A stretch of 64,000 bases of DNA, taken from assembly GCA_965250285.1 (NCBI GenBank), contig OZ252299.1:1824001-1888000 (forward strand), read 5' to 3'. Numbering within the stretch: position 1 is the first letter of the stretch; each line of letters begins with the position of its first letter. This document shows, piece by piece, positions 17,980 through 28,040 of this stretch. Under the pieces are notes generated by a model. The model saw only the letters and a list, made by a program, of their open reading frames with translations, was not told where the DNA came from and did no database searches. The position numbers and the translations under genes were made by a program. The DNA comes from Myxococcota bacterium (GTDB lineage: Bacteria > Myxococcota_A > UBA9160 > UBA4427).

Positions 17980-19602
17980 GTGCCCTTCCCCACCGAAACG
18001 CCCACGATCCCCATCTTCCTGCGCCGCATCGCCGCCGAGCGCGGCGGCACCGACATGATCGTGCTCGACGAGCGGAGGCTGTCCTACACCCAGGTCGAGC
18101 GTCAGTCGGCGCGGCTCGCCCGGGCGCTGCTCGCGCGCGGCGTCGGCAAGGGCACCCGCGTGGCCGTGCTCATGCCGAACGGGCCCGACTGGCTCGTCGC
18201 GTTCCTTGCGACGACGCGGATCGGCGCGCTGCTCGTGCCGCTCAATACCTTCTTTCAGACGCGCGAGCTGCACTGGATCCTGCGGCACGCCGACGTCGAC
18301 ACGCTGCTCACGGTCGACCGGTTTCTGAGTCATGACTACCTCGAGCGGCTCGAGGCGGCCGCGCCGTCACTGGCTGAGGCCAGCGGCGCACCGTTGCGCT
18401 TGCCCGAGCTGCCCTTCCTGCGCCGCGTGATCGTGTGGGGTGAAGGCGAACGCACGTGGACCGAGCCGGGGCCGCCGCTCACGGCCGCCGAACCGCCCGA
18501 CGTCGACGAGGCCTTTCTCGAGGCTGTCGAAGCCCAGGTCACGCCGGCTGACCCGTTGGCCCTCTTCTACAGCTCCGGCAGCACCGCCGATCCGAAGGGC
18601 GCGATCCATACCCATGGCACGGTGCTTCGTCATTCGTTCAATCTCGCCGCCGGTCGCGACGTCGTCGCCTCGGATCGTGTGTGGTCGCCCATGCCCTTCT
18701 TTTGGGTGGGCGGCTTCGTCTTCGCGTTGGTCGGCAACCTGCAGGCGGGCGCCACGACCCTCTGCGAGGAGGTGTTCGACCCCGAGCAGACCCTGCGCTT
18801 TCTCGAGCGCGAGCGCGTGACGGTCGCCATCGGCTGGCCGCACTTCGGCAAGGCGCTCGCCGAACACCCGACCCGGGCCGACCGCGATCTGTCGTCGCTC
18901 CGGGCCGGCAACGTGCCCGACATCCTGCCCGAAGAGATCTGCTCGACCGACCCCGAGCTGCGATCGAATGCCCTCGGCATGACCGAGACCTGCGGACCCC
19001 ACACGTGGAGTCCGACCGTCGGTCGCCTCTCCGAAGATGAGCGCGGCACGTTCGGGATCCCCGTCGAAGGCGTCACGCATCGCGTCATCGACCCCGAGAC
19101 CGGCGAAGACCTGCCGTCTGGCGAGGTCGGCGAGCTGAGTGTCCGGGGCTACAGCCTGATGCAGGGGCTCTACAAGCTCGAGCGTGAAGACGTCTTCGAG
19201 CCCGACGGCTTCTACCGCACCGGCGACGCAGGCTACTTCGACGCCCACGGGCAGCTCGTCTTCAAGGGTCGGCTCGGTGACATGATCAAGACCGGCGGCG
19301 CGAACGTGACCCCGAGCGAGATCGAACAGGTGCTCGTCAGCTACGACGAGGTGAAGGAGGCCTACGTCGTCGGCGTCGACCACCCCGACAAGGGGCAGAC
19401 GGTCGAGGCGGCGGTGACACTCGAGATCGGCCAGACGATCGAAGGCGACGCTCTGCGGTCACGGCTCAAGCAGGATCTCTCGGCCTACAAGGTGCCGCAG
19501 CACGTGTTCGTTTACGCGAGCGGGACGCTGCCCTTCACGACGACGGGCAAGATCGACAAACGCGGGCTCACGGCCGAGTTGAAGGATCGACTCGGCCGCT
19601 AG
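17980..19602 (+). CDS. Acyl-CoA synthetase (AMP-binding)
   Basis: YSSGSTADPKG, GMTET, YRTGDAG, GRLGDMIKTGGANV, TGKIDK. Confidence 0.93.
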   Translation: MPFPTETPTIPIFLRRIAAERGGTDMIVLDERRLSYTQVERQSARLARALLARGVGKGTRVAVLMPNGPDWLVAFLATTRIGALLVPLNTFFQTRELHWILRHADVDTLLTVDRFLSHDYLERLEAAAPSLAEASGAPLRLPELPFLRRVIVWGEGERTWTEPGPPLTAAEPPDVDEAFLEAVEAQVTPADPLALFYSSGSTADPKGAIHTHGTVLRHSFNLAAGRDVVASDRVWSPMPFFWVGGFVFALVGNLQAGATTLCEEVFDPEQTLRFLERERVTVAIGWPHFGKALAEHPTRADRDLSSLRAGNVPDILPEEICSTDPELRSNALGMTETCGPHTWSPTVGRLSEDERGTFGIPVEGVTHRVIDPETGEDLPSGEVGELSVRGYSLMQGLYKLEREDVFEPDGFYRTGDAGYFDAHGQLVFKGRLGDMIKTGGANVTPSEIEQVLVSYDEVKEAYVVGVDHPDKGQTVEAAVTLEIGQTIEGDALRSRLKQDLSAYKVPQHVFVYASGTLPFTTTGKIDKRGLTAELKDRLGR

Positions 19603-19653
19603 CCCGTTCGCTCGACAGTCAGCGGTTGCGGCGCCGCGGTCGCGGCGCTCACC

Positions 19654-20391
19654 TCACCCCTGCTGCTCGCGCAGCTGCTGGTCGATGATGCGCTTGAACT
19701 CGCTGAACGGCTTGGCGCCCGACGTGAACTTGCCATTGATGAAGAAGCCCGGCGTGCCGGTCACGCCCAGGCGATTCGCCTCGGCGACGTCGGAGTCGAC
19801 GCGCTTGCGGGTGTCGGCCGAGGCCATGTCGGCCTTGAACTGGTCGATGTCGAGATCGAGCTGACTCGCGTACTCGAGATACTTCGCGCCGCTCATCTCG
19901 CGCTGGTTCGAGAAGATCAGGTCGTGCATCTCCCAGAAGCGGCCCTGGTTCGCGGCCGCCTGGGCGGCGGCGTGGGCCTCGGGGGCCTTCGTGTGCATCG
20001 CGAGCGGCAGGTGCTTGAAGACGATCCGCACGTCGTCGCCGTATTCCTTCTCGATCTGCTTCATGGTGCCGACGACGCGGCCACAGAAGGGGCACTGGAA
20101 GTCGGAGAACTCGACGACGGTGATGGCGGCATCCTCGGGGCCGATCGAGGGCGAGCCCGCCGTATTCACGGCGTAGACGCGATCGGGGTCGGGGCCGCGC
20201 CGCGGACGACGAGTGGGCGCCTGGGCCGCCGCGCCGGCGCCGCCGGCCTTTGCGAGGGCCACGACCGCCTCACCGAGCTGGGCGATCTGCTGCGAATTCT
20301 GGCCGAGCGACTGGGTCATCATGTAGGCGCTGCCCAGAATGCTGAAGCCGATGATCGTGGCGGCGATGACGATGGAGCTGCCATTGTTCAC
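19654..20391 (-). CDS. Membrane-anchored DsbA/BdbD-like thioredoxin-fold protein
   Basis: EFSDFQCPFC, FKHLPL, GVTGTPGFFING; N-terminal TM; GTG start with GGAG RBS. Confidence 0.9.
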   Translation of the reverse strand: MNNGSSIVIAATIIGFSILGSAYMMTQSLGQNSQQIAQLGEAVVALAKAGGAGAAAQAPTRRPRRGPDPDRVYAVNTAGSPSIGPEDAAITVVEFSDFQCPFCGRVVGTMKQIEKEYGDDVRIVFKHLPLAMHTKAPEAHAAAQAAANQGRFWEMHDLIFSNQREMSGAKYLEYASQLDLDIDQFKADMASADTRKRVDSDVAEANRLGVTGTPGFFINGKFTSGAKPFSEFKRIIDQQLREQQG

Positions 20392-20692
20392 GGTTCGAAT
20401 CTCCAATGATGCCTGAGAGTGAGTGCGATGATGTGACTGCGGCGGATCGAGGTCGCAGCGTGAGTCGAAATCGAGAGGGATACGGGGCTGGCCCGTGAGC
20501 GGCGCGAGGCGGCAGCATACCACGAGGGCAATCGGCCAGGATACGCAGCGCCGGACCGCTGCCCAGCCCTGAGGGCGCGGCTACGCGGCTCCGCACGGAT
20601 GCGCCCATCGGTTTCGACGCCGCCCGGCGAAGCCGGTTCCCGGCTACCGGTCCACTTCAGCCCTTCTGCCCGCATGGCAATGGCGCAGGGCG

Positions 20693-20935
20693 TCAGAGCT
20701 CCTCGTCTTCGTCGACGTCCTTGATGCAGACCGGATGCGGCGCGTGCTCGGGGCCGTCGTCCCAGCCCGGCAACGAGGCGGCCTGCGCCATCCACGAGTC
20801 GGCCAGCGATTCGTCGAGCACGACGTCGTTGTTGTCGAACCCCTCGATCAACGCATCCCAGAGATCCTGCCCCCCGCTTTCCCACCACTCGCGGCCGGGG
20901 TGCTCGAAGTCGATCGCGAGCCGCACCATCTTCAT
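20693..20935 (-). CDS. Small acidic hypothetical protein, 80 aa
   Basis: GAGGA RBS before ATG 20935; GC3-biased codons; MKMVRLAIDFEHPGREWWESGG... Confidence 0.7.
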   Translation of the reverse strand: MKMVRLAIDFEHPGREWWESGGQDLWDALIEGFDNNDVVLDESLADSWMAQAASLPGWDDGPEHAPHPVCIKDVDEDEEL

Positions 20936-21043
20936 CGTTCGAAATCCTCGTCTGCGGCGCCCGAGCGGGGCCAACCGCGCGGGAGCGTAGCGCGAGGGGA
21001 TCGCCGTGGCGGGGCGGAGCCTGCGGCCTCCGCCGGCCTCTTC

Positions 21044-21382
21044 TCAGCCGCGCGGGCGCCAGCGATGACGGCCCAGATCCACGCGACCTCGGGCGTCGAA
21101 GGCGACGCCCTCACGCTCGAGCATCTGTCGCTGGACGTGCTCGGCGCCGGGCTCAGACCGCGCGCTGCACTCGCCCCGGGCGTTGATCACACGCTGCCAC
21201 GGCACGCGCCGCTGCTCGTTTCGCAGGGCATGGAGTGCGTAGCCGACCTGACGCGCATGGCCCTTCAGGCCGGCGAGCTCGGCGACCTGTCCGTACGTGG
21301 CGACGCGACCTTTCGGGATGCGGCGCACGACGGCATAGATCCGGTCGTACGTGTTCGCCTGGGCGCCCGGCGACGCCGTCAC
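21044..21382 (-). CDS. Alkyltransferase-like protein (MGMT family, ATL)
   Basis: VRRIPKGRVATYGQVA...ARQVG...VPWQRVIN, with Trp in place of the catalytic Cys. Confidence 0.9.
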   Translation of the reverse strand: MTASPGAQANTYDRIYAVVRRIPKGRVATYGQVAELAGLKGHARQVGYALHALRNEQRRVPWQRVINARGECSARSEPGAEHVQRQMLEREGVAFDARGRVDLGRHRWRPRG

Positions 21383-23490
21383 GCCGCCGACTTCGCCTCG
21401 AGCCCGGCGTGGCGCAGCAGCGCCTCGGCCGACGGCGCCCGACCGCGGAACGCCTCGAAGACCTCCGACGGCGAGACACTGCCGCCGAGCGCCAGCACGG
21501 TTTCTCGATAGCGTCGCCCGGTCGAGGTCAAGGCCTGCTCGTCTTCGAGGCCGGCCTCTTCGAAGGCCGCGAACGCATCGGCCGACAACACCTCGGCCCA
21601 TTTGTAGCTGTAGTAGCCCGCCGCATATCCACCGGCGAAGATGTGACCGAAGCTGCAGAGAAATCGATCCTCGGGCAGCGGCGCGAGCACAGTCGTGCGC
21701 TCCGCAATGCGGCGTTGAAGGTCGAAAGGCGACAGGTCGCCGCCGGGCACGTATTCGTCGTGCAGGGCCAGATCGGTCGACGCGAAGTAGAGCTGTCGCA
21801 GCATGTCGCTCCCAGCGCGATACGTGCGCGCGGCTTCGACCTTCTCGAAGAGCGCATCCGGCAGCGGTTCGCCCGTCTCGAAGTGCGCCGAGAGGCCGCG
21901 GATCGTCGCACGGTCGTAGCAGAAGTTCTCCATGAACTGGCTCGGCAGTTCGACGGCGTCCCACTCGACGTTGCGGATGCCCGAGGCGAGGCCCTCGTCG
22001 ACCCGCGTCAGCATGTGCTGCAGACCGTGACCGAATTCGTGGAAGAGCGTCGTGACCTCGTCGAAGCTCATGAGCGAAGGCCGATCGTCGACCGGCGGCG
22101 TCTGGTTGCAGACGAGGTAGGCCACCGGCAAGCGCACGGCCTGGCCCACCGGAGCCAGCGCGCGGCTGCGCCCGAGGCACTCGTCCATCCACGCGCCGCC
22201 CCGCTTCTCGGCCGGCCGCGAGTACGGGTCGAGATAGAAGGCCGCGATCGGCCCCCCCGCTTCGTCGGCGACGCGAAAGAACCGCACGTCGTCGTGCCAC
22301 GTCGGCGCCTCGCCATCGGCCGCCTCGATCCGCACGCCAAAGAGGCGCTCGGCGAGCCCGAACAGCCCCTCGAGCACCTGCGGCAGCGGAAAGTAGGGCC
22401 GAAGCTCTTCTTCGCTGTAGTCGAAGCGCTGCTCGCGAATGCGCTCGGCCCAGTACGCGACGTCCCACGGCCGGGGCTCGAAGTCGTCGCCCTCGCGCTC
22501 GCGCGCGAACGCGGTCAGCTCCTCCAGGTCACGCTCGGCCGCCGCGTACGACACCCGGCGCAGGTCTTCCAGCAGGTGCTTCACCGCATCCACATCGGGA
22601 GCCATCTTGCTGGCGAGGCTGACCTCGGCAAAGTTGCGATAGCCGAGGATCTTCGACTCTTCGAGCCGCAGCGCCAGGATCTCCTCGATGATCTGCGTGT
22701 TGTCGTGCTTCCCCTCGCTCGCTCGCGTTACGTAGGCGCGGTAGAGCTGCTCGCGCAGCGGACGGCTGCGCGCGTGCTCCATGAAGGGGCCGAAGCACGG
22801 AAAGTCGAGCGTCAGCCGCCACGGACCGGCGTCGGCCGTCGCCTCGGCCTCACCCGCTTCGCGTGCGTTCTGAGCGGCGAGCTCGCGTAGGCTTTCGGGG
22901 GTGCCTTCCATGTCGGCGGCATCGGTCAGCGTCAGCGAGAACGCGGCCGTCGCGTCGAGCACGTGGTTGCTGAAGTGCATCGCTCGCTGGGCCAGCTCGT
23001 TCTGAATCTCGTTGAAGCGCTCGCGCACCTCGCCATCGAGCCCGACGCCCGCGTGCTTCGCGTCTCGAATCAGACTCTCGACGATGCGCTTGCGGGCGGG
23101 CGCGAGCGCGTCCCAGTCGGCGCCTTCGCGGAGCGTCACCAATGCGTCGTAGATCGGTCGGCTCTGGGCCTGGCGTAGGCCGAAGCTCACGACCTGCGGC
23201 TGCACCGCTTCGTACACCTCGCGCAGCGCATCGCTGTTCTGCACGCCCATCAGGTGCCCGACGACCCCCCAGGCGAACCCCAATCGGTCTCCCATGCGCT
23301 CGAGGGGCTCGATCAACGCTTCCCAGGTCGGCGCCGCGTTCGCCTCGACGGCTTCGAGCTCGGCGGCGAGCTCGCCGAGCAGATGCTCGATGGCGGCGGG
23401 CACGGTCTCGGGATCGACGTCGCGAAAACGCGGCAGCTGGCCCGAGGCGAGCAGCGGGTGATCGTTGAGCAGGTTCGAATCGGCGGACAA
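21379..23490 (-). CDS. prlC: Oligopeptidase A (M3 peptidase)
   Basis: HEFGHGLQH, WDAVELPSQ, FGHIFAGGYAAGYYSYKWAE; TTG start with GGAGG RBS. Confidence 0.95.
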   Translation of the reverse strand: MSADSNLLNDHPLLASGQLPRFRDVDPETVPAAIEHLLGELAAELEAVEANAAPTWEALIEPLERMGDRLGFAWGVVGHLMGVQNSDALREVYEAVQPQVVSFGLRQAQSRPIYDALVTLREGADWDALAPARKRIVESLIRDAKHAGVGLDGEVRERFNEIQNELAQRAMHFSNHVLDATAAFSLTLTDAADMEGTPESLRELAAQNAREAGEAEATADAGPWRLTLDFPCFGPFMEHARSRPLREQLYRAYVTRASEGKHDNTQIIEEILALRLEESKILGYRNFAEVSLASKMAPDVDAVKHLLEDLRRVSYAAAERDLEELTAFAREREGDDFEPRPWDVAYWAERIREQRFDYSEEELRPYFPLPQVLEGLFGLAERLFGVRIEAADGEAPTWHDDVRFFRVADEAGGPIAAFYLDPYSRPAEKRGGAWMDECLGRSRALAPVGQAVRLPVAYLVCNQTPPVDDRPSLMSFDEVTTLFHEFGHGLQHMLTRVDEGLASGIRNVEWDAVELPSQFMENFCYDRATIRGLSAHFETGEPLPDALFEKVEAARTYRAGSDMLRQLYFASTDLALHDEYVPGGDLSPFDLQRRIAERTTVLAPLPEDRFLCSFGHIFAGGYAAGYYSYKWAEVLSADAFAAFEEAGLEDEQALTSTGRRYRETVLALGGSVSPSEVFEAFRGRAPSAEALLRHAGLEAKSAA

Positions 23491-23602
23491 GGTCGCCTCC
23501 AGTGTTGCGGGGACGCGCAAAAGTAGCAGCTGGACGAAGGGGCTCCCGCCATTCGCTGACGTCGACGTGCTTCGCGGGCCGGGGCGGTACACTGCGCGCC
23601 GC

Positions 23603-25015
23603 ATGTCTTCCCCGTCGTCGCGCGATCGAGCAGTGCAGACCGAGCCGGTCCCGGCCACGGCGCCCCCGCTGCTGCTCGAACGCCCGCCCGCCCCCGAGCC
23701 CGATGCGCCCGACGTCTGGCTGGTGGTCCGCCGATCCGTACAGATGATCGTCGGAGCCGGGGTCTTCGCGGGGGCCTTCGTCGGTGCGTGGGGCCGAGCC
23801 CGGCTGCGACGCGACCCCCAGCCCGCCCTGCGCGGGCTCGGCGTGGCGCTGCGTGTGACGTTCACCCGCCTGGGCGCGACCTTCATCAAGGTCGGCCAGA
23901 TCGCGTCGACGCGAGGCGACCTGCTGCCGCGCCCGATGACTGAAGAGCTCGCGCAGCTGCAGGACAGCGTCCCGCCCGAGCGCACGGCCGTGATCCGCGA
24001 GCGTCTCGAACGCGAGCTCGGCGGCCCGATCGATCAGCACTTCGCGCGCTTCGACCTCGAGCCCGTCGCCGCGGCCAGCGTCGCCCAGGTCCACCGAGCC
24101 GAGCTGCCTGGCGGCCGTGCGGTGGCCGTCAAGATCCGACGGCCCGGCCTCACACAGACGGTCCATCTCGACCGATCGATTCTGCTCTTTCTCACGCGGG
24201 TGCTCGAACGCGTGGTGCCTTCGCTGCGCCTGATCTCGATGCCCGAAGGCGTCATGACCTTCTGTGACGCGGTCGAGGCCCAGCTTTCGCTTCGCGCCGA
24301 GGCCGAGCACAACCGTCGCTTCACCGAGATGTTCGACGACGACGACGACATCGCGTTTCCGACGCTGCACCCCGCCCTTTCGACCGACGCGGTCCTGACC
24401 ATGGACTTCGTCGAAGGCGTGCACGAACGCGACGTCGAGAGCACCGACGTCGACCTGAAGCGCGTCGTCGACGCGGGGATGCGGGCCGTCTCTCGCATGA
24501 TCTTCGATCACGGCTTCGTGCATGCCGATCTGCATCCGGGCAATCTGCTCTTTCGGCCGCCGGGACGGATCGTCATGCTCGATCTGGGGCTCGTCGCCGA
24601 CATCGACGACGTCGATCGTGTGACCACCGTTCGCATCTTCTACGCGCTCGCAACCGGCGACGGCCGCACCTGTGCCCGCATCTTCTACGAGAACGCACCC
24701 CACGCTGCCTGCGACGACTACGCGGCGTACGAGGCCGAGGTGGCCGCCATGGTGGACGACATCGTCGGGCAGGGCCTGATGAACATTCAGGTGACGGGTG
24801 AGATCGCGCGCATCTTCGACATCCTGCGGCGGCACCGCGTGCAGGCGCGGGCCCACATGACGATGGTGAATCTCGCTTTGATGACGGCGGAGGGGCTCGG
24901 CAAGCGACTGGCGCCCGACTTCAACCTCACGCGCGAGGCGCTGCCCCACCTGCAGCGGGCGCTGATGACCGCCCAGCGAGAAGGACGGATCCCAGCCATG
25001 CCACCGCCGCGTTGA
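23603..25015 (+). CDS. ABC1/UbiB family atypical kinase
   Basis: LGATFIKVGQ, LQDSVP, AAASVAQVH, VAVKIRRP, HADLHPGN, LDLG. Confidence 0.92.
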   Translation: MSSPSSRDRAVQTEPVPATAPPLLLERPPAPEPDAPDVWLVVRRSVQMIVGAGVFAGAFVGAWGRARLRRDPQPALRGLGVALRVTFTRLGATFIKVGQIASTRGDLLPRPMTEELAQLQDSVPPERTAVIRERLERELGGPIDQHFARFDLEPVAAASVAQVHRAELPGGRAVAVKIRRPGLTQTVHLDRSILLFLTRVLERVVPSLRLISMPEGVMTFCDAVEAQLSLRAEAEHNRRFTEMFDDDDDIAFPTLHPALSTDAVLTMDFVEGVHERDVESTDVDLKRVVDAGMRAVSRMIFDHGFVHADLHPGNLLFRPPGRIVMLDLGLVADIDDVDRVTTVRIFYALATGDGRTCARIFYENAPHAACDDYAAYEAEVAAMVDDIVGQGLMNIQVTGEIARIFDILRRHRVQARAHMTMVNLALMTAEGLGKRLAPDFNLTREALPHLQRALMTAQREGRIPAMPPPR

Positions 25016-26402
25016 TCGCGACGGCCACCACCCCCATGTGTACGCCCTCGAGGCGTGAGTAGCCCGCGAAGTTGCCCGCGACGGCGACCAAGGTCCCCAC
25101 GACGATCCCCGCGAGCGTGGGCCCGGCCCGCAGCCCCGCCCAGTGAATGCCAACGAGAAAGGCCGGCGCGCACTGGATCAGCAGCTCGAGCTTGAGCTCG
25201 AGCAGGCGCCACAGCGTGACGTCGGGCGCGAGGGCCAGGGGGATCGTCGCCACGAGCATGCCGGCGGCCCAGAGCTTGCCGATGCGCGTGCTCGCCGCGT
25301 CGTCTCCGGTGCGACCGAGCAGATCGCGCGAGAGCAGCGAGCCCAGCGAGAGCAGACACGAATCGGCGGTCGACATGATCGCCGAGAGCGCACCGATGAA
25401 GACGATCACCGCGCCGATGCGCCCGACGAAGCCCGAGCTCGCCCAGTCGGTGAGCATCATCGGCAGAACCTGGTCGCTCGCGACGCCGGTGCCGAGATCG
25501 ACCCGACCGATCGCCGCGATGCCGATCAGAGTGACGACGAGCGTGGTCACGAAGGGCATGAACGTCATGAGCGCGAACGAGCGCGTGAGCGTGCGACCGG
25601 AGCGGGCCGCAAAGATCCGCTGGATCGCCTGGGGATACACGACGCTCGCGATGCCGAGCAGCGCGATCGTGCTGAACCAGCCGTTGCGCGTGGCGCCGGT
25701 CGGCACCGCGACCGCCGCGGGGCGCGTCTCGGCGACCTCCTGCGTCATCGCGGCGAGTCCGCCCTCGCCGACCAGGAGCCAAGACGCGAGCGCCGCGAGC
25801 CCGACGACCATGAGGATGCCCTGCACCGCATCGGTCCACGCCACGGCGCGCATGCCTCCGCGCGTCTCGTAGTAGAGGATCAGCGCTGCGAGCCCGACGA
25901 CCCCCGCCTCGTACGGCACCACGCCACCCGTCACCAGGCTGGTGACGTTGCCCATCGCCCTCAGCTGGGCGAGCAGAAAGTTCGCCAGCGCGATCGCCAT
26001 CAGCGCCCCGATCACGATCCGCAGCGCTCCGAGCTCGGCCTCGCCGGCGAAGCGCGTGCGCACGAAGTCGCCCGGTGTCACGAAACCGTGGCGGACGGCG
26101 AGTGGTCTCAGTTTGGGCGCGAGCGCGTGGAACATCACGATGATCGACATCATGAAGCCGGTCGACATGATGAAGGGGAAGCCGCTCACATAGGCTCGCC
26201 CCGGATACGCGAGCAGCGAGTTGCCCGAGTACGCCGTCGCGTAGAGCGTCAGGAAGAGGACGAAGACGCCGAGGTCGCGACCACCGAGGAAGTGTTCGCC
26301 GGGCGACTCGCGTCGCTTCTGGCGATTGGCCCACTCGGCGATCACCAGCACGAAGACGATGTAGAGGCCGAGGGCCACGAGCCCCTGCTGCTCGAAGCTC
26401 AT
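24927..26402 (-). CDS. Sodium:solute symporter family protein
   Basis: HFLGGR, AT.YSGNS, GGMRAVAWTDAVQG, SAIMSTADS; multiple TM helices. Confidence 0.92.
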   Translation of the reverse strand: MSFEQQGLVALGLYIVFVLVIAEWANRQKRRESPGEHFLGGRDLGVFVLFLTLYATAYSGNSLLAYPGRAYVSGFPFIMSTGFMMSIIVMFHALAPKLRPLAVRHGFVTPGDFVRTRFAGEAELGALRIVIGALMAIALANFLLAQLRAMGNVTSLVTGGVVPYEAGVVGLAALILYYETRGGMRAVAWTDAVQGILMVVGLAALASWLLVGEGGLAAMTQEVAETRPAAVAVPTGATRNGWFSTIALLGIASVVYPQAIQRIFAARSGRTLTRSFALMTFMPFVTTLVVTLIGIAAIGRVDLGTGVASDQVLPMMLTDWASSGFVGRIGAVIVFIGALSAIMSTADSCLLSLGSLLSRDLLGRTGDDAASTRIGKLWAAGMLVATIPLALAPDVTLWRLLELKLELLIQCAPAFLVGIHWAGLRAGPTLAGIVVGTLVAVAGNFAGYSRLEGVHMGVVAVAINAAVAWLGSVLLAGRSSAPAAGGAAPRA

Positions 26403-26680
26403 GGCGCGGACTCCGACGACTCCACGACCTCACCGGTGGCCTCTTCGGGGTCGCGCACGTCGGTGATCCACCAGGCCCAGGCGTTGAGGATCGCAGCCGC
26501 GAAGTAGCAGAGGATGGCCGTCGTCACCCAGTCGGGCAGCCCGAGCCAGACCCGCACCGGCTCGTCGGCCGAGCGGTACCAGGGCACGGAGAACACGTAG
26601 AGCACGCAGATGATCGCGAGCAGCCACAGGCGAAGTCGGCCTGCACGGCGACGCTGCTCACCGGCTTCGGAGTCGGCCAT
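26399..26680 (-). CDS. Small 2-TM symporter accessory protein (DUF3311/DUF997-like)
   Basis: Overlaps the SSS start (ATGA); LWLLAIICVLYVFSVPWY...WLGLPDW. Confidence 0.75.
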   Translation of the reverse strand: MADSEAGEQRRRAGRLRLWLLAIICVLYVFSVPWYRSADEPVRVWLGLPDWVTTAILCYFAAAILNAWAWWITDVRDPEEATGEVVESSESAP

Positions 26681-26786
26681 GGCCTGGGTGTAGCATGCCG
26701 CCCGCTCTTCAGGCCGACGCGCGGTGCGCCGAAAGGCGATAGGCTCCGCCGACCTCCGCCCCCGAGCCCGGGAGAACGCTCCGACG

Positions 26787-27824
26787 ATGTCCGCGCCCGA
26801 AGCCGATCCGCACCAGCACCATCTCACCGAGGGGCTCGATCGCCCCCTCACCCCGGTCTTCATGGCCCGGGGCGTGCTGGGGGGCATTCTCATGGGGCTG
26901 GCCAACCTGGTGCCCGGCATCAGCGGCGGGACGATGCTGCTCGCTGCGGGGGTCTATCCCGACTTCGTCGATTCGATCGCGCGGCTGTCGCGACTCGACC
27001 TGAAGATGCGCCCGATCGCGGTGCTCGGGGTGATCGCCGGCAGCGCAGCCCTCGCGATCCTCTTGCTCGCCGGCCTGATGAAGAGCCTCGTCGTCGAAGA
27101 ACGCTGGATCATGTACAGCCTCTTCATCGGCCTGACCCTCGGCGGTGTGCCCCTCGTCTGGCGCATCGCCAAGCCCGCAACGACCGCCACCTGGGTCGGC
27201 GCGGGCGCCGCATTCGCGCTGATGGTGGCGATGGCATTCGGCAGCGAGAGCAGCGGACGCGAGGCCAACCCGCTGCTGCTCATGCTGTCGGGGCTCGCCG
27301 GCGCCAGCGCGATGATTCTGCCGGGTGTGAGCGGCGGCTACCTGCTGCTGCTGCTCGGGCAGTACGAGCCGATTCTCGGTGCCATCGACGACTTGAAGGA
27401 GGGCCTGGTCGGCGACGGAGGGCCGCATCTCGAGCAGATCATCGAGGCCGGTTGGGTCGTGGTGCCCGTCGGGATCGGCGTCGTGGTGGGCGTGATCGGC
27501 GTCAGCAACCTGCTGCGCTGGCTGATGGACCGCTACGAGGCCGCCACCCTCGGCGCGCTGCTCGGGCTCCTGCTCGGTGCGGTGGTGGGTCTGTACCCCT
27601 TTCAGCAGCCGGTCGAGCCCGAGCTCGGCTTCATGCACCGGGGGCGCGTGCTCGAGGCCCATGAGCTCGCCGAGATCGAGATGGACGACTGGCCCCTCGA
27701 GCGATTCTCACCGAGCGGCGGTCAGCTCGCCGCATCACTGGGGCTCGTGCTCGCGGGGCTCGGCGCCACGCTCGCGATCGCCCGGCTCGGCCAGACGGAC
27801 GACGAGACGTCGGGCGACGCCTGA
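26787..27824 (+). CDS. DUF368 family membrane protein (putative undecaprenyl-phosphate translocase)
   Basis: MGLANLVPGISGGT and AMILPGVSGGYLLLLLGQY duplicated motifs. Confidence 0.92.
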   Translation: MSAPEADPHQHHLTEGLDRPLTPVFMARGVLGGILMGLANLVPGISGGTMLLAAGVYPDFVDSIARLSRLDLKMRPIAVLGVIAGSAALAILLLAGLMKSLVVEERWIMYSLFIGLTLGGVPLVWRIAKPATTATWVGAGAAFALMVAMAFGSESSGREANPLLLMLSGLAGASAMILPGVSGGYLLLLLGQYEPILGAIDDLKEGLVGDGGPHLEQIIEAGWVVVPVGIGVVVGVIGVSNLLRWLMDRYEAATLGALLGLLLGAVVGLYPFQQPVEPELGFMHRGRVLEAHELAEIEMDDWPLERFSPSGGQLAASLGLVLAGLGATLAIARLGQTDDETSGDA

Positions 27825-28040
27825 CGCGCTCTCGGCAGCGTCGACCGCACCGACGGGTGCGGAAGCGCGATTCCCACATCGGGCACCCCGCCGACCTCAT
27901 CGCCCTGCTCGGCGGTGTGCATCGCACGTGCAGCGACGCGTGTACGGCTCGGATCCACAAGTGAGAAGACCGGGCCTGCGACATGTGCGCACGCATCTTG
28001 CATTGCCCTTGGGTATGCCGCGTACCTACGTCCAGGGCCT

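Noticed and set aside
20392..20692. 300-nt intergenic region as a possible ncRNA
   Set aside because: No recognisable tRNA, SRP, RNase P, tmRNA or riboswitch signature; only a TG-N-TATGCT extended -10 candidate at 20514-20522
26709..26734. TCAGG-N14-GCCGAAA upstream of DUF368 as a fifth sigma28-like promoter
   Set aside because: Differs in the -35 element, spacing and -10 element; too weak to count
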